Assembly (NCBI GenBank): GCA_973895155.1
Contig: OZ316894.1
Location: forward strand, 2,620,457 to 2,684,456
Reading direction: 5' to 3'
DNA: 64,000 bases
Source of the DNA: Marsupella aquatica
Lineage: Eukaryota; Plantae; Marchantiophyta
The notes beneath the pieces are model-generated. The model saw only the letters and a program-made list of their open reading frames with translations. It had not been told where the DNA came from and made no database searches. Below are positions 62,871 through 64,000 of the stretch, piece after piece. Every line of letters begins with the position of its first letter. Position 1 is the first letter of the stretch. A program made the position numbers and the translations under genes.

Positions 62871-63231
62871 GCGGGATTTGGATTGATTGGATGGTATTGA
62901 TTCCGTGGGGCTGGGACCTTTCGAAGTGTGGAGGAGGAGAATTAGGAGTAGCGGTACTTTAGTGGACATTGTTTCGTTAGCAGTTGTGCGTGTGGATTCA
63001 TCGGTGAACTGTTGATTGGATAACAGGAGGGAAAGAGGAGTCAGGAGAGGATCGGGACTGTCTATGATGCCTCAGTCATCAGGAGCAGAGGGAAGGTTTG
63101 TGAAACTGGAGGTTGAGCAGGTGTGTTCAGTGGAGTGCGCGCGTTGTTTCATTGACGGCGAAACGAGAGAGAGAGTCCGGTGGAAGTAGAAGAGGAGAAG
63201 GAGGGGGACAGGGAGAGGGAGACCAAGAAGA

Positions 63232-63661
63232 ATGAGGCCGGACAGGAAGAAGGAGAAGATGGTGGGACAGAACGCAGTGCCTCCTTCGGCAGGGATGATG
63301 AATGTTGTGAGTAGTAACGGGATTGGAATGTCTACGTCGTCGGGCACGGTAGCGGGAGGGGGTTCTTCCTCCTTCCGTGCTGCTGCTGGTGCGGGCAAGC
63401 AAGAGAAGCCCTCCTATAATGCATGCCCGCCTCCTCCCAATTTGTACGGGCCCCCCTCTGCTGCTGCTCCACCACCTCCGCCCCCGGTGGCCGAGAAGGT
63501 CACCAAGGGTGGTGGTGCTGGTGCTCCTCCTTGCGCATCGTCATCCGGGAACACGAGCGACGGAGAGAAGAAGGGCAGAAAACGCCCCGGGCGCAAATCT
63601 AGACAAGTCGTCGATCCAACTTGCTTACTGAACGGTTATGGCGATTCCGCTTTACCATCTG
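63232..63661 (+). CDS. First coding exon of an unidentified, probably nuclear, protein; the gene continues past the window
   Basis: Gly/Ser/Pro-rich ORF with basic KKGRKRPGRKSR, preceded by a long GA-rich leader and followed by a GT donor and T-rich intron-like sequence. Confidence 0.6.
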
Positions 63662-64000
63662 GTACAGTAATACAAAATTTGCCCCTTGTCCACGAATTCA
63701 TCTCTTTCTTCACTGCTTGTATATGCTACAACCCGGTGTAGCTGGCAGGAAAGTCTCTTCCAAGGCGGTAGGACCGTTGAATCGTGAACTGACTGTGACT
63801 GTTTGTTGGCTGAATTAGGGTTGCTGGTTTTCACGTATGACTTGTAACAGTGTGCCAGATAGTTGGTCTATGCCTCTGGCCTTCTTTGCACTTGTCTCCA
63901 TAAGCCCAGACGCATTGTTTGTCAGTTTTTGACCTTCCTCGTTTTCTTCTTCGATTAGCTTGTATTATCATCTAGACATGCTATTCTTCATATGTATTTC

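Noticed and set aside
62331-62969. 212-aa minus-strand Ser/Leu-rich ORF
   Set aside because: Artefact of the GA/CT-rich leader of the plus-strand gene.

Overview
Eukaryotic, intron-rich plant DNA. A non-seed land plant such as a bryophyte is plausible, but that is inference. The first 9.35 kb is a minus-strand Ty3/gypsy LTR retrotransposon whose 3' LTR runs off the left edge. Its broken reading frames rejoin into one polyprotein: Gag with 2 zinc knuckles, protease, a DNMT3-like C5 DNA methyltransferase, RT, RNase H, integrase and a C-terminal PHD finger. Its 5' leader/LTR also carries an antisense 5S-rRNA-derived Pol III promoter (Cassandra-like) with Box C repeated five times. This combination of DNA-methylation writer, histone reader and Pol III promoter is the standout system. 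This copy is dead: many probable CAG>TAG stops, two frameshifts, and Ser at the catalytic Cys. The rest holds host genes: a plastid NAD(P)-binding SDR-like protein, an aleurain/cathepsin-H protease, valyl-tRNA synthetase, a GIY-YIG-fused plastid NFU1, SPATA20 and the first exon of an unidentified gene. These are interspersed with MITE-like inverted repeats, tandem duplications and microsatellites. All alignments were done by eye against recalled family motifs, and exon boundaries are approximate.
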